UHGV virus genome: UHGV-0076394
Strand: one strand, 5' to 3'
Length of the DNA stretch: 34,814 nucleotides
Source of the DNA: a virus
The notes beneath the pieces are model-generated. The model was not told where the DNA came from. It did not search any database and was given only the letters and a program-made list of their open reading frames with translations. This document shows positions 18,524-26,844 of the stretch, in pieces. The stretch's first letter is position 1. Each line of letters opens with the position of its first letter. Position numbers and translations under genes: made by a program.

Positions 18524-18739
18524 ATGACGCTTGAGCGAATCAGCGCCTTTATCACGTATTGCATCGCCGTCGTGCTGGCCTGGCTGGGCGATTTGTCCAT
18601 CAAGGATGCCTCAACGCTGGGCGGCCTGATGATTGGTGTGCTGATGCTGGCTATCAACTGGTACTACAAACACAAAGCCTACCAGCTTCTGCGCGACGGG
18701 CAGATCTCGCGGGAGGACTATGAATCCATCAATCGTTAA
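18524..18739 (+). CDS. Holin (two predicted transmembrane helices)
   Basis: 71 aa with two hydrophobic segments and a charged C-terminus; immediately upstream of and overlapping the endolysin gene. Confidence 0.65.
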   Translation: MTLERISAFITYCIAVVLAWLGDLSIKDASTLGGLMIGVLMLAINWYYKHKAYQLLRDGQISREDYESINR

Positions 18740-19232
18740 ACGCTGCCTTGTCGGGGCCGTGCTGGCTATTGCTGCCACGCTGCCGGGTTTTCAGCAGGTT
18801 CACACCTCCGTGGAAGGGCTGAAACTGATTGCCGATTACGAAGGCTGTCGTCTGCAGCCGTATCAGTGCAGCGCGGGTGTCTGGACCGACGGCATTGGTA
18901 ATACGTCAGGCGTCATTCCCGGCAAAACCATTACGGAGCGACAGGCAGCAGAAGGGCTGATCTCCAACGTGCTGCGTGTGGAGCGGGCGCTGGAAAGGTG
19001 TGTGAAGCAACAGCCGCCGCAGAAGGTGTATGACGCTGCGGTGTCGTTTGCCTTCAACGTGGGAACGGGCAATGCCTGCAGTTCCACGCTGGTGAAATTA
19101 CTCAATCAGCGGCGCTGGGCAGATGCGTGCCGACAGTTGCCGCGCTGGGTTTATGTGAAAGGTGTTTTTAATCAGGGGCTGGATAACCGCCGTGCGCGGG
19201 AGATGGCCTGGTGTTTACAGGGAGCAAACTGA
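18720..19232 (+). CDS. K: SAR endolysin, T4-lysozyme fold, P1 Lyz type (Glu-Cys-Thr active site with regulatory cysteines)
   Basis: GGGAGGA Shine-Dalgarno; weakly hydrophobic Gly/Ala-rich N-terminus (RCLVGAVLAIAATLPG) typical of a signal-anchor-release domain; catalytic segment YEGCRLQPYQCSAGVWTDGIGNT has Cys where T4 lysozyme has Asp20, the spacing seen in P1 Lyz. Confidence 0.7.
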   Translation: MNPSIVKRCLVGAVLAIAATLPGFQQVHTSVEGLKLIADYEGCRLQPYQCSAGVWTDGIGNTSGVIPGKTITERQAAEGLISNVLRVERALERCVKQQPPQKVYDAAVSFAFNVGTGNACSSTLVKLLNQRRWADACRQLPRWVYVKGVFNQGLDNRRAREMAWCLQGAN

Positions 19233-19233
19233 A

Positions 19234-19611
19234 ATGAAAAAGAAATTAATCAGCGGACTGTTTCTGATGTTATGGATGGCGCTGTTAATCGCAGCAATGG
19301 TGTATCCGCAGGGGATTTTTCCGGTACTGGCAGCGTCCGGTGTCTGGGTAGCCTGTTTGCTGACATGGGCGGTAATTCCGGTAGCACTGGCTGCGTTAAT
19401 TAAGAACGGCCCGCTCTGGCAGGAGTTGAGGGCATCTTTGCTGAAGAAAATTACCCGAAAAGAAAACGTATTTATCAGCTGGGTGATGCGATTGCTGATT
19501 GTCGTCAGTCTCGCCTGGACGGGGTGGGCTATTACCCTGGTCTTTTATCTACTGACCGTTATTGCCTTCTGGATCACCCGTAATCAGATGGCACAACAGG
19601 TAGCAGCATGA
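19234..19611 (+). CDS. lysA: LysA-like membrane protein (lysis timing/antiholin-like)
   Basis: ATG at 19234 directly after the K stop; about 125 aa with several hydrophobic helices; position of P2 lysA. Confidence 0.6.
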   Translation: MKKKLISGLFLMLWMALLIAAMVYPQGIFPVLAASGVWVACLLTWAVIPVALAALIKNGPLWQELRASLLKKITRKENVFISWVMRLLIVVSLAWTGWAITLVFYLLTVIAFWITRNQMAQQVAA

Positions 19612-20036
19612 ACCGGTTGCTGCTGGTTGTGCTGGCGTTATTACTGGCGGCGCTGGGCTGGCAGACGTGGCGGCTGGCTGATGCCAGCCAGACCATCAGC
19701 ACGCAGGCAGACGAGCTGCAGAGCAAAAGCCAGGCACTGGCAAAGAGCAACAGCCAGCTTATCAGCCTGTCCATTCTGACTGAAACCAATAACCGGGAGC
19801 AGGCGCGGCTCTATGCCGAAGCTGAACAGACCAGCGCACTGCTGAGACAACGACAACACCGGATTGAGGAACTGAAACGTGAGAACGAGGATTTACGCCG
19901 CTGGGCTGATACTCCTTTGCCTGCTGACATTATCCGGCTGCGGGAACGCACCACACTCACCGGAGGTGCAGCTTACCGTCAGTGGTTGTCCGCGAGTGAC
20001 GCCGTGTCGGTTGGGGCAGGCAGCGCCGCGCACTAA
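19608..20036 (+). CDS. lysB: LysB, Rz-like inner-membrane spanin
   Basis: N-terminal transmembrane segment then coiled-coil-like charged region; contains the embedded lysC frame. Confidence 0.7.
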   Translation: MNRLLLVVLALLLAALGWQTWRLADASQTISTQADELQSKSQALAKSNSQLISLSILTETNNREQARLYAEAEQTSALLRQRQHRIEELKRENEDLRRWADTPLPADIIRLRERTTLTGGAAYRQWLSASDAVSVGAGSAAH

Positions 20037-20169
20037 CGGTGATCTGAACGTATTGCTGGATGAAACGGAGGCCGCCTGGGCGGTCTGTGCAGACAAAGTG
20101 GACATGATTATTGCGTGTCAGGAGCGAAACAGTGAACAAACCACAATCCCTGCGCCACGCCCTCAATAA
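19879..20169 (+). CDS. lysC: LysC, Rz1-like outer-membrane lipoprotein spanin (embedded in and extending beyond lysB, +1 frame)
   Basis: GTG start; lipobox LTLSGC then Pro-rich mature region; classic embedded/overlapping Rz1 architecture. Confidence 0.65.
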   Translation: MRTRIYAAGLILLCLLTLSGCGNAPHSPEVQLTVSGCPRVTPCRLGQAAPRTNGDLNVLLDETEAAWAVCADKVDMIIACQERNSEQTTIPAPRPQ

Positions 20170-20563
20170 AGCGGTGCCTTATGTCCGCAATAACCCGGAC
20201 AAATTGCATCTGTTTGTGGATAACGGTTCGCTGGTTGCCACGGGGGCCAGCTCCATGTCGTGGGAGTACCGTTACACCCTGAACGCGGTGATTGAGGATT
20301 TCAGCGGCGACCAGAATCTGCTGATGGCCCCGGTTTTGCTGTGGCTGCGTGATAACCAGCCCGATGCCATCAATAACCCGGCGTTACGGGAAAAGTTATT
20401 CACCTTTGAGGTGGATATTCTGCGCAATGATGTCTGTGATATCAGCCTGAACCTGCAACTGACGGAGCGTGTGCTGGTCAGCACTGACGGGAGTGTGTCG
20501 AGTGTTGAAGCGGTAGCGGAACCCGATGAACCTGATGAAATGTGGACGGTGAAACGTGGCTGA
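20132..20563 (+). CDS. R: Tail completion protein (P2 gpR family)
   Basis: Probable GTG start at 20132 with AGGAG Shine-Dalgarno; ...LHLFVDNGS...RYTLNAVIEDFSGD...VLLWLRDNQPD... resembles gpR. Confidence 0.75.
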   Translation: MNKPQSLRHALNKAVPYVRNNPDKLHLFVDNGSLVATGASSMSWEYRYTLNAVIEDFSGDQNLLMAPVLLWLRDNQPDAINNPALREKLFTFEVDILRNDVCDISLNLQLTERVLVSTDGSVSSVEAVAEPDEPDEMWTVKRG

Positions 20564-21002
20564 ACTGCAGAAGGTGGACGACTGGCTGAGTGCCTTGCTG
20601 GCGAATCTGGAGCCAGCCGCAAGAAGCCGCATGATGCGCCAGCTGGCGCAGGAACTGCGCCGGACACAGCAGCAGAACATCAGGATGCAGCGCAATCCAG
20701 ATGGCAGCAGTTATGAGCCGCGACGGGTAACAGCACGCAGCAAAAAGGGGCGCATCAAACGTCAGATGTTTACAAAGCTGCGCACCACAAAATACCTGAA
20801 AACTGCCGCCAGCGCCGATTCTGCCAGCGTGCAGTTTGAAGGTAAGGTGCAGCGCATTGCCCGCGTTCATCACTACGGCCTGCGTGATCGCATCAGTCGA
20901 AGAGGACCGGAGGTCCGTTACGCAGAGCGTCGTCTCCTAGGCGTAAATGATGATGTGGAAACTGTCATTCAGGATGCTTTGCTAAATTGGTTACAGAGAT
21001 AA
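20556..21002 (+). CDS. S: Tail completion / virion morphogenesis protein (P2 gpS family)
   Basis: 148 aa; GTG start overlapping the R stop; conserved position. Confidence 0.75.
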   Translation: MAELQKVDDWLSALLANLEPAARSRMMRQLAQELRRTQQQNIRMQRNPDGSSYEPRRVTARSKKGRIKRQMFTKLRTTKYLKTAASADSASVQFEGKVQRIARVHHYGLRDRISRRGPEVRYAERRLLGVNDDVETVIQDALLNWLQR

Positions 21003-21028
21003 ATAAAACCACATTTATAAAATTTAGT

Positions 21029-21895
21029 TTACTTTTTACTGATAAATGGATTCCTATCAATCCATGAGTCCCAGTTTATATAATTGTCATCAAATCCTAT
21101 GAATTTCATTAGTACAAGTGGCACCAGTAAATTCAAATTTGATGAGTAATCTTGAATTTCAATTTTGCCATCTGAGTTTTTTTCATCAAGATAGGCAATG
21201 TATTTACCATTGTGGAACAGCGAGTGACGGAGTTTGCAGTAATGCATAATGTTTCTTTGAGCTAATGTATGTCCTGTTTTTTCGACATTAAAACCATATT
21301 CTTTTAAAACCTGAGTGATTATTTGTGGTGTTTTGGCAGGGGAGTAGTCATTTTTAATAAATCTGCAAAGTGCTTCTAGTGCCGAGAATAATAAATAATA
21401 TCTGACGTCGATATAATTTATTGAGTCGCGGAAAGCTAGCATTGATTTAAAAAATGATGTTCTAAAGGCATCTTGTTTTAGCATGGCTTTACTATTTAGT
21501 TTTTCCATGGCTAAGCAAATAAAATTTTCTCGGCTGTTTGGTGCAAAATAATCTTCCATGATGATAATGCCCGCACCCTTATCTCTTTTTTTGTCAAGCT
21601 TTTTGGGTAGAGATGGTTTGAAATTGAAAGGGGTTTCATCATTTTCAAGTTCTCCTGAAATGATTACATTTTTTTGTTCAATAAAACTAAGAACTGCTTG
21701 TAAATCAAAAATAAGCTGCTGTTGAGTGGCGTAGTTATTCGAGTTTGGTTTGAAAAAACCAGTGAGGATGTACCTATCATTAGCCCAGCCATTTTTTTTT
21801 AACTCACTCCATGAACTGAAAATAGGAGTTAACTCACCACCGTCAAATGTGATTTTTTTAGTGAAATTAAATCCATAAATTGCGATTTGTGTCAT
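21029..21895 (-). CDS. AT-rich accessory protein (289 aa) with R-x4-H motif; candidate HEPN/Abi-like defence protein
   Basis: Minus-strand gene inserted between S and V; ATG at 21895 preferred over 21943; contains CKLRHSLFHNG (R-x4-H); markedly AT-rich. Confidence 0.55.
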   Translation of the reverse strand: MTQIAIYGFNFTKKITFDGGELTPIFSSWSELKKNGWANDRYILTGFFKPNSNNYATQQQLIFDLQAVLSFIEQKNVIISGELENDETPFNFKPSLPKKLDKKRDKGAGIIIMEDYFAPNSRENFICLAMEKLNSKAMLKQDAFRTSFFKSMLAFRDSINYIDVRYYLLFSALEALCRFIKNDYSPAKTPQIITQVLKEYGFNVEKTGHTLAQRNIMHYCKLRHSLFHNGKYIAYLDEKNSDGKIEIQDYSSNLNLLVPLVLMKFIGFDDNYINWDSWIDRNPFISKK

Positions 21896-21924
21896 CTTAA
21901 ATACCTTAGAAATTGTTTCTCTTT

Positions 21925-21942
21925 TGTATGGTTCTCCATACA
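21925..21942. promoter_or_regulatory. TGT-N12-ACA dyad (TGTATGG-ttct-CCATACA), candidate late promoter pV activator site
   Basis: Perfect 7-bp inverted repeat conforming to TGT-N12-ACA about 50-65 nt upstream of the V start codon, in the short region shared with the divergent cargo gene. Confidence 0.45.
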
Positions 21943-21990
21943 TACGCTCTGTATTACATCACTCTACCCGGTTGTGCAAGGATCGCTCTC

Positions 21991-22569
21991 ATGAACGCAC
22001 AATTAACCGAAATCATGCGCCTTATCACCAACCTGATCCGCACTGGGGTAGTCACCGAAGTGGACCGGGAAAACTGGCTTTGCCGGGTGAAAACGGGCGA
22101 CCTTGAAACCAACTGGATCAGCTGGCTGACGCTGCGTGCCGGGAATGCCCGCACATGGTGGCGACCATCGGAAGGTGAGCAGGTAGTGCTGCTGAGTCTG
22201 GGCGGCAATCTGGAGACTGCCTTTGCGCTGCCCGCTGTCTATTCGAATCAGTTCGCACCACCGTCGAAGTCGGCGGACGCCTGCGTGACAGAACATCCTG
22301 ACGGTGGCTGGTTTGAATACGAACCCGCCACCGGGCGCTGGTATGTCAGGGGCATCAAATCAATGGTCATTGAGGCCGCTGACAACATCACCATGAAAAC
22401 CAGTGAGTTTGTACTGGAGGCTGACCGCACGCGTATTAACAGCGAAGTAGTGATCAATGGTGGCGTTACCCAGGGCGGCGGTGCGATGAGTTCTAACGGA
22501 ATTGTGGTTGATGCACATCAGCATACTGGCGTCCTGAAAGGCGGCGACACAACCGGAGGCCCGGTATGA
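21991..22569 (+). CDS. V: Baseplate spike / assembly protein (P2 gpV family)
   Basis: Start at ATG 21991 (MNAQLTEIMRLITNLIRTG...); ...WLTLRAGNARTWWRPSEGEQV...SNG..H.H match recalled gpV features. Confidence 0.85.
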   Translation: MNAQLTEIMRLITNLIRTGVVTEVDRENWLCRVKTGDLETNWISWLTLRAGNARTWWRPSEGEQVVLLSLGGNLETAFALPAVYSNQFAPPSKSADACVTEHPDGGWFEYEPATGRWYVRGIKSMVIEAADNITMKTSEFVLEADRTRINSEVVINGGVTQGGGAMSSNGIVVDAHQHTGVLKGGDTTGGPV

Positions 22570-22925
22570 CGCTTTATAGCGGGATGAACAATACCAGCGG
22601 TAAAGCCATTACTGATATTGACCATCTGCGCCAGTCGGTGCGGGACATTCTGCTGACACCGCAGGGTAGCCGCATTGCCCGTCGTGAATATGGTTCTCTG
22701 CTGTCGGCACTGATAGACCAGCCACAAAATCCAGCATTACGCCTGCAGGTCATGTCGGCAGTGTATGTGGCGCTGAGTCGCTGGGAGCCACGGCTGACGC
22801 TGGACTCCATCACCATCAACAGTAATTTTGACGGTTCAATGGTGGTGGAGCTGACCGGGCGGCGTAATAACGGTGTGCCTGTTTCCCTTTCCGTATCAAC
22901 AGGAGCAGAGAATGGCAGTGATTGA
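22566..22925 (+). CDS. W: Baseplate protein W (gp25-like, P2 gpW family)
   Basis: 119 aa; ATGA overlap with V; conserved order. Confidence 0.8.
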   Translation: MTLYSGMNNTSGKAITDIDHLRQSVRDILLTPQGSRIARREYGSLLSALIDQPQNPALRLQVMSAVYVALSRWEPRLTLDSITINSNFDGSMVVELTGRRNNGVPVSLSVSTGAENGSD

Positions 22926-23820
22926 CCTTTCGCAGTTGCCTGCGCCGCAGATTGTGGATGTGCCGGACTTTGAGACGCTGCTTGCCGAACGCAAGGCAGA
23001 ATTTGTGGCGCTTCATCCGAAAGATGAACAGGAAGCTGTGATGCGTACGCTGGAACTGGAATCTGAACCCGTCACTAAATTGTTGCAGGAAAACGCTTAC
23101 CGTGAGTTGCTTCTGCGACAGCGCATTAACGAAGCCGCACAGGCGGTGATGGTGGCTTATGCCATAGGGGGCGATCTGGACCAGCTCGCCGCCAATTACA
23201 ACGTGAAACGACTGACGGTGACACCTGCTGATGATGACGCTGTGCCGCCCGTTGCGGCTGTGATGGAAAGTGATGAAGCGTTACGCCTGCGTGTGCCTGC
23301 AGCCTTTGAAGGGCTTTCAGTTGCGGGGCCAACTGCCGCTTATGAATTTCATGCCCGAAGCGCCGACGGTCGGGTGGCGGATGCCAGTGCAACCAGTCCG
23401 GCACCTGCAGAGGTGGTGCTGACTGTCCTTAGCCGCGAAGGCGACGGAACAGCAGAAAAAGATCTACTGGATGTGGTGGAAAAAGCCCTGAACAGTGAGA
23501 ACGTCCGCCCGGTGGCTGACCGTCTGACGGTTCGCAGCGCAGAAATCATCCCGTACCGGGTGGATGCCACCATTTTTCTCTATCCGGGACCGGAAGCAGA
23601 GCCGGTAATGGCAGCGGCAAAAGCCAGTCTGCAGAAGTATATCGCCAGTCAGACGCGGCTTGGTCGGGATATTCGCCGTAGCGCCATCTTTGCCGCGTTG
23701 CATGTTGAAGGTGTGCAGCGTGTGGAACTGGCTTCGCCGCTGGCGGATGTGGTCCTGAACAAAACGCAGGCGGCATCATGTACGCAGTGGAGCGTGACCA
23801 ACGGGGGAACGGATGAATAG
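22912..23820 (+). CDS. J: Baseplate protein J (P2 gpJ family)
   Basis: ATG at 22912 with AGGAG Shine-Dalgarno; IDLSQLPAP...HVEGVQRVELASPLADVVLN colinear with gpJ. Confidence 0.85.
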   Translation: MAVIDLSQLPAPQIVDVPDFETLLAERKAEFVALHPKDEQEAVMRTLELESEPVTKLLQENAYRELLLRQRINEAAQAVMVAYAIGGDLDQLAANYNVKRLTVTPADDDAVPPVAAVMESDEALRLRVPAAFEGLSVAGPTAAYEFHARSADGRVADASATSPAPAEVVLTVLSREGDGTAEKDLLDVVEKALNSENVRPVADRLTVRSAEIIPYRVDATIFLYPGPEAEPVMAAAKASLQKYIASQTRLGRDIRRSAIFAALHVEGVQRVELASPLADVVLNKTQAASCTQWSVTNGGTDE

Positions 23821-24418
23821 TCTGCTGTCACCGGGTTCAACGCCACTGGAGCGCCGACTGGCGCAGACCTGTCGCGGGATTTCTGAACTGCAGGTGCCAC
23901 TGCGTGACTTGTGGGATCCGGCAACCTGTCCGGTCAGTTTCCTGCCTTATCTCGCCTGGGCGTTCTCTGTGGATCACTGGGACGAGGACTGGACGGAAAG
24001 CGTCAAACGCCAGGTGGTGAAGGATGCTTTTTATATTCATCAGCACAAAGGAACCACCAGTGCCGTGCGGCGGGTGGTGGAGCCGTTCGGCTTTCTGATC
24101 CGCATTATTGAGTGGTGGCAGACCGGAGAAGCACCCGGCACGTTTCGCCTGGATATCGGCGTGCAGGACCAGGGCATCACTGAAGATACCTATCTGGAAC
24201 TTGAGCGACTGATAAGCGATGCCAAACCATGTAGCCGTCACATGATCGGCATGTCTATCAACCTGCAGACTAGCGGCCCGCATTGGGTGGGGGCAGCCAG
24301 TTATCTTGGCGAAGAAATCACGATCTATCCGTATATCAACGAAACAATTATTTCCGGCGGCACCGCGCATGAGGGCGGGGCAGTCCACGTTATTGACACA
24401 GTGAGAGTGAATCCATGA
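23813..24418 (+). CDS. I: Baseplate protein I (P2 gpI family)
   Basis: 201 aa; overlaps J stop and H start; conserved order. Confidence 0.8.
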   Translation: MNSLLSPGSTPLERRLAQTCRGISELQVPLRDLWDPATCPVSFLPYLAWAFSVDHWDEDWTESVKRQVVKDAFYIHQHKGTTSAVRRVVEPFGFLIRIIEWWQTGEAPGTFRLDIGVQDQGITEDTYLELERLISDAKPCSRHMIGMSINLQTSGPHWVGAASYLGEEITIYPYINETIISGGTAHEGGAVHVIDTVRVNP

Positions 24419-26049
24419 GCACAAAATTTTATACCCTGCTGACGGATATTGGCGCGGCGAAACTTGCCAGCGCCGCCGCGCTCGGTGTGCCGCTAAAAAT
24501 TACCCATATGGCGGTAGGCGATGGCGGCGGAACATTGCCAACGCCGGACGCAAAGCAGACTGCACTGGTAAATGAGAAACGCCGGGCTGCGCTGAATATG
24601 CTCTATATTGACCCGCAGAACAGCAGCCAGATTATTGCTGAACAGGTGATCCCTGAAAACGAGGGCGGTTGGTGGATACGTGAAGTGGGCCTGTTTGATG
24701 AGTCAGGGGCATTGATTGCCGTGGGCAACTGCCCGGAAAGCTATAAGCCGCAACTGGCTGAAGGCAGCGGGCGTACCCAGACCGTACGGATGGTGCTGAT
24801 TACCAGCAGCACGGACAATATCACCCTGAAAATCGACCCTGCCGTCGTGCTGGCAACCCGCAAGTATGTGGATGATAAGGCACTGGAGCTGAAGGTGTAC
24901 GTGGATGACCTGATGGCAAAACATCTTGCCGCACCGGACCCTCATTCACAGTATGCACCCAAAGAAAGTCCGACGTTTACCGGGACACCCAAAGCGCCAA
25001 CGCCAGCAGCAGGGAATAACACCACGCAGATTGCGACCACCGCGTTTGTTCAGGCGGCACTGACGTCCCTGATTAATGGTGCGCCAGCCACGCTGGACAC
25101 GCTGAAAGAAATTGCCGCAGCCATAAACAATGACCCGAAATTCAGTACCACCATTAACAATGCGCTGGCACTGAAAGCGCCGCTGTCGAGTCCGGCACTT
25201 ACCGGAACGCCAACAGCACCTACAGCGGCACAGTCGGTCAACAATACACAGATTGCTACCACGGCATTTGTGAAATCGGCGATTGCGGCAATGGTGGGTT
25301 CTGCACCTGCGGCACTGGATACACTGAACGAACTGGCGGCGGCGCTGGGGAATGACCCGAACTTTGCCACGACAATGCTTAATGCACTGGCAGGTAAACA
25401 ACCGCTGGACAATACGCTTACCAATTTGAGTGGAAAGGATGTAGCTGGTCTTCTCGCATACCTTGGTTTGGGAGAAGGCTCTGCATTACCTGTTGGTGTC
25501 CCTGTTCCGTGGCCTTCAGCCACTCCGCCAACAGGCTGGCTGAAATGCAATGGTGCGGCTTTTTCTGCTGAAGAATACCCGGAACTGGCAAAGGCTTACC
25601 CGACAAATAAATTGCCAGATTTACGTGGTGAGTTTATTCGTGGCTGGGATGACGGGCGAGGGATTGATGGGGGGCGCATACTTCTCAGTTGTCAGAGTTT
25701 TGCTTTCCAGGACCATGCGCACGCTCTGCCAACCGGAGTGGGTAATCCGTCATACCAGATGGAAAGCGATATCTATACGGTTTTCAACGATGAACCAGAA
25801 ATACCCAGTGCGGTCCTGAGTCCATCGTCGTCAGGAACATCATGGGACGCAACCAGTAGGGCAGACAAGGTAATCCTTTATCGCAAGGACCTTTCACCAA
25901 CAGGTAATAACAACGAAATAGCGCCCGGATTACCACCATTCAGGACTTACAGGGCATCGACCTCAGACGGTGTTACTCATCCGTCCGTGTACGCATCTGA
26001 AACCCGTCCGCGCAACATTGCATTTAACTACATCGTGAGGGCTGCATAA
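24415..26049 (+). CDS. H: Tail fibre protein (P2 gpH family) with a constant N-terminal part and a switchable C-terminal receptor-binding part
   Basis: 544 aa; N-terminus like gpH; internal tandem repeats; C-terminal conserved fibre-tip block LPDLRGEFIRGWDDGRGIDGGR; a recombination site lies at codons 346-354. Confidence 0.85.
   Translation: MSTKFYTLLTDIGAAKLASAAALGVPLKITHMAVGDGGGTLPTPDAKQTALVNEKRRAALNMLYIDPQNSSQIIAEQVIPENEGGWWIREVGLFDESGALIAVGNCPESYKPQLAEGSGRTQTVRMVLITSSTDNITLKIDPAVVLATRKYVDDKALELKVYVDDLMAKHLAAPDPHSQYAPKESPTFTGTPKAPTPAAGNNTTQIATTAFVQAALTSLINGAPATLDTLKEIAAAINNDPKFSTTINNALALKAPLSSPALTGTPTAPTAAQSVNNTQIATTAFVKSAIAAMVGSAPAALDTLNELAAALGNDPNFATTMLNALAGKQPLDNTLTNLSGKDVAGLLAYLGLGEGSALPVGVPVPWPSATPPTGWLKCNGAAFSAEEYPELAKAYPTNKLPDLRGEFIRGWDDGRGIDGGRILLSCQSFAFQDHAHALPTGVGNPSYQMESDIYTVFNDEPEIPSAVLSPSSSGTSWDATSRADKVILYRKDLSPTGNNNEIAPGLPPFRTYRASTSDGVTHPSVYASETRPRNIAFNYIVRAA
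24967..25404 (+). repeat. Tandem duplication inside H encoding two ~73-aa tail-fibre repeats (NNTQIATTAFV...DTL.E.AAA..NDP.F)
   Basis: Residues ~185-257 and ~258-330 of H are clearly homologous to each other. Confidence 0.6.
25451..25476. other. Left inversion crossover site (gix/hix-like) inside H
   Basis: 26-bp sequence whose reverse complement TTCTCCCAAACCAAGGTATGCGAGAA shares the half-site plus core TTCTCCCAAACCAA with the site at 27137-27162; 15 bp (TTGGTTTGGGAGAAG) are identical in inverted orientation. Confidence 0.6.
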
Positions 26050-26654
26050 TGGCGAAAGCAAAATTAAACAGTGCGTTTATTGCCACCGTGGCAGGAGAAA
26101 TCACTGTGTACAACTACCGGGGCGACACCCGCGAATACATATCCTCATCGGTTGAGTATCTGCCTGTGGGGGTGGGTATTCCTGCCAATTCCTGTACCGA
26201 TGCGCCCGGCACACATAAGGCTGGTTATGCAATCTGCCGTTCTGCAGATTTTAACTCATGGGAATATGTGCCAGACCATCGCGGTGAAATTGTCTATGGC
26301 ATCGAAACGGGGGAATCAAAAGAAATTACTGTGCCGGGGGATTACCCTGAAAATACGACCACTTTTGCCCCATTAACGCCATACGATAAATGGGATGGTG
26401 AGAAATGGGTAACAGATACCGAGGCACAGCATAGCGCCGCAGTAGATGCAGCAGAAGTACAGCGCCAGTCTCTGATTGATGCTGCTATGGCTTCCATCAG
26501 TCTGATTCAGCTGAAATTGCAGGCCGGACGTAAACTGACGCAGGCAGAAACAACCCGCCTTAACGCTGTGCTGGATTACATTGACGCGGTGACGGCAATA
26601 GATACCAGCACCGCGCCTGATATTATTTGGCCTGTATTCCCTGAGACTGATTAA
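26049..26654 (+). CDS. G: Tail fibre assembly protein (P2 gpG / Tfa family)
   Basis: 201 aa; start overlaps the H stop; position of P2 gene G. Confidence 0.75.
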   Translation: MAKAKLNSAFIATVAGEITVYNYRGDTREYISSSVEYLPVGVGIPANSCTDAPGTHKAGYAICRSADFNSWEYVPDHRGEIVYGIETGESKEITVPGDYPENTTTFAPLTPYDKWDGEKWVTDTEAQHSAAVDAAEVQRQSLIDAAMASISLIQLKLQAGRKLTQAETTRLNAVLDYIDAVTAIDTSTAPDIIWPVFPETD

Positions 26655-26844
26655 CCTCAATCAGTATTGGTTCGCCTTTCTCATTAATTGTTAGCTCCAT
26701 GCCCTGAGGAATTTCTGTCATAGTAAAAAACCAGTTGTCCTCCGGTAATTCAATAGCCCCGGTCACGTCATGAAGACCGGGGATTACTTCAGTCAAAGTA
26801 ACTGGATTAAACAGGCGCACAATAAACCCTCCATGAAAAAGCAT
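26623..26844 (-). CDS. Putative alternative tail-fibre assembly/chaperone protein (G')
   Basis: Small minus-strand ORF (start taken as the internal ATG at 26844) immediately downstream of the alternative fibre C-terminus, convergent with and overlapping the 3' end of G. Confidence 0.3.
   Translation of the reverse strand: MLFHGGFIVRLFNPVTLTEVIPGLHDVTGAIELPEDNWFFTMTEIPQGMELTINEKGEPILIEVNQSQGIQAK

Noticed and set aside
21913-21990. Upstream extension of V (track start at 21913)
   Set aside because: The extension is hydrophobic nonsense and covers the pV control dyad; the gpV-like sequence begins at the ATG at 21991
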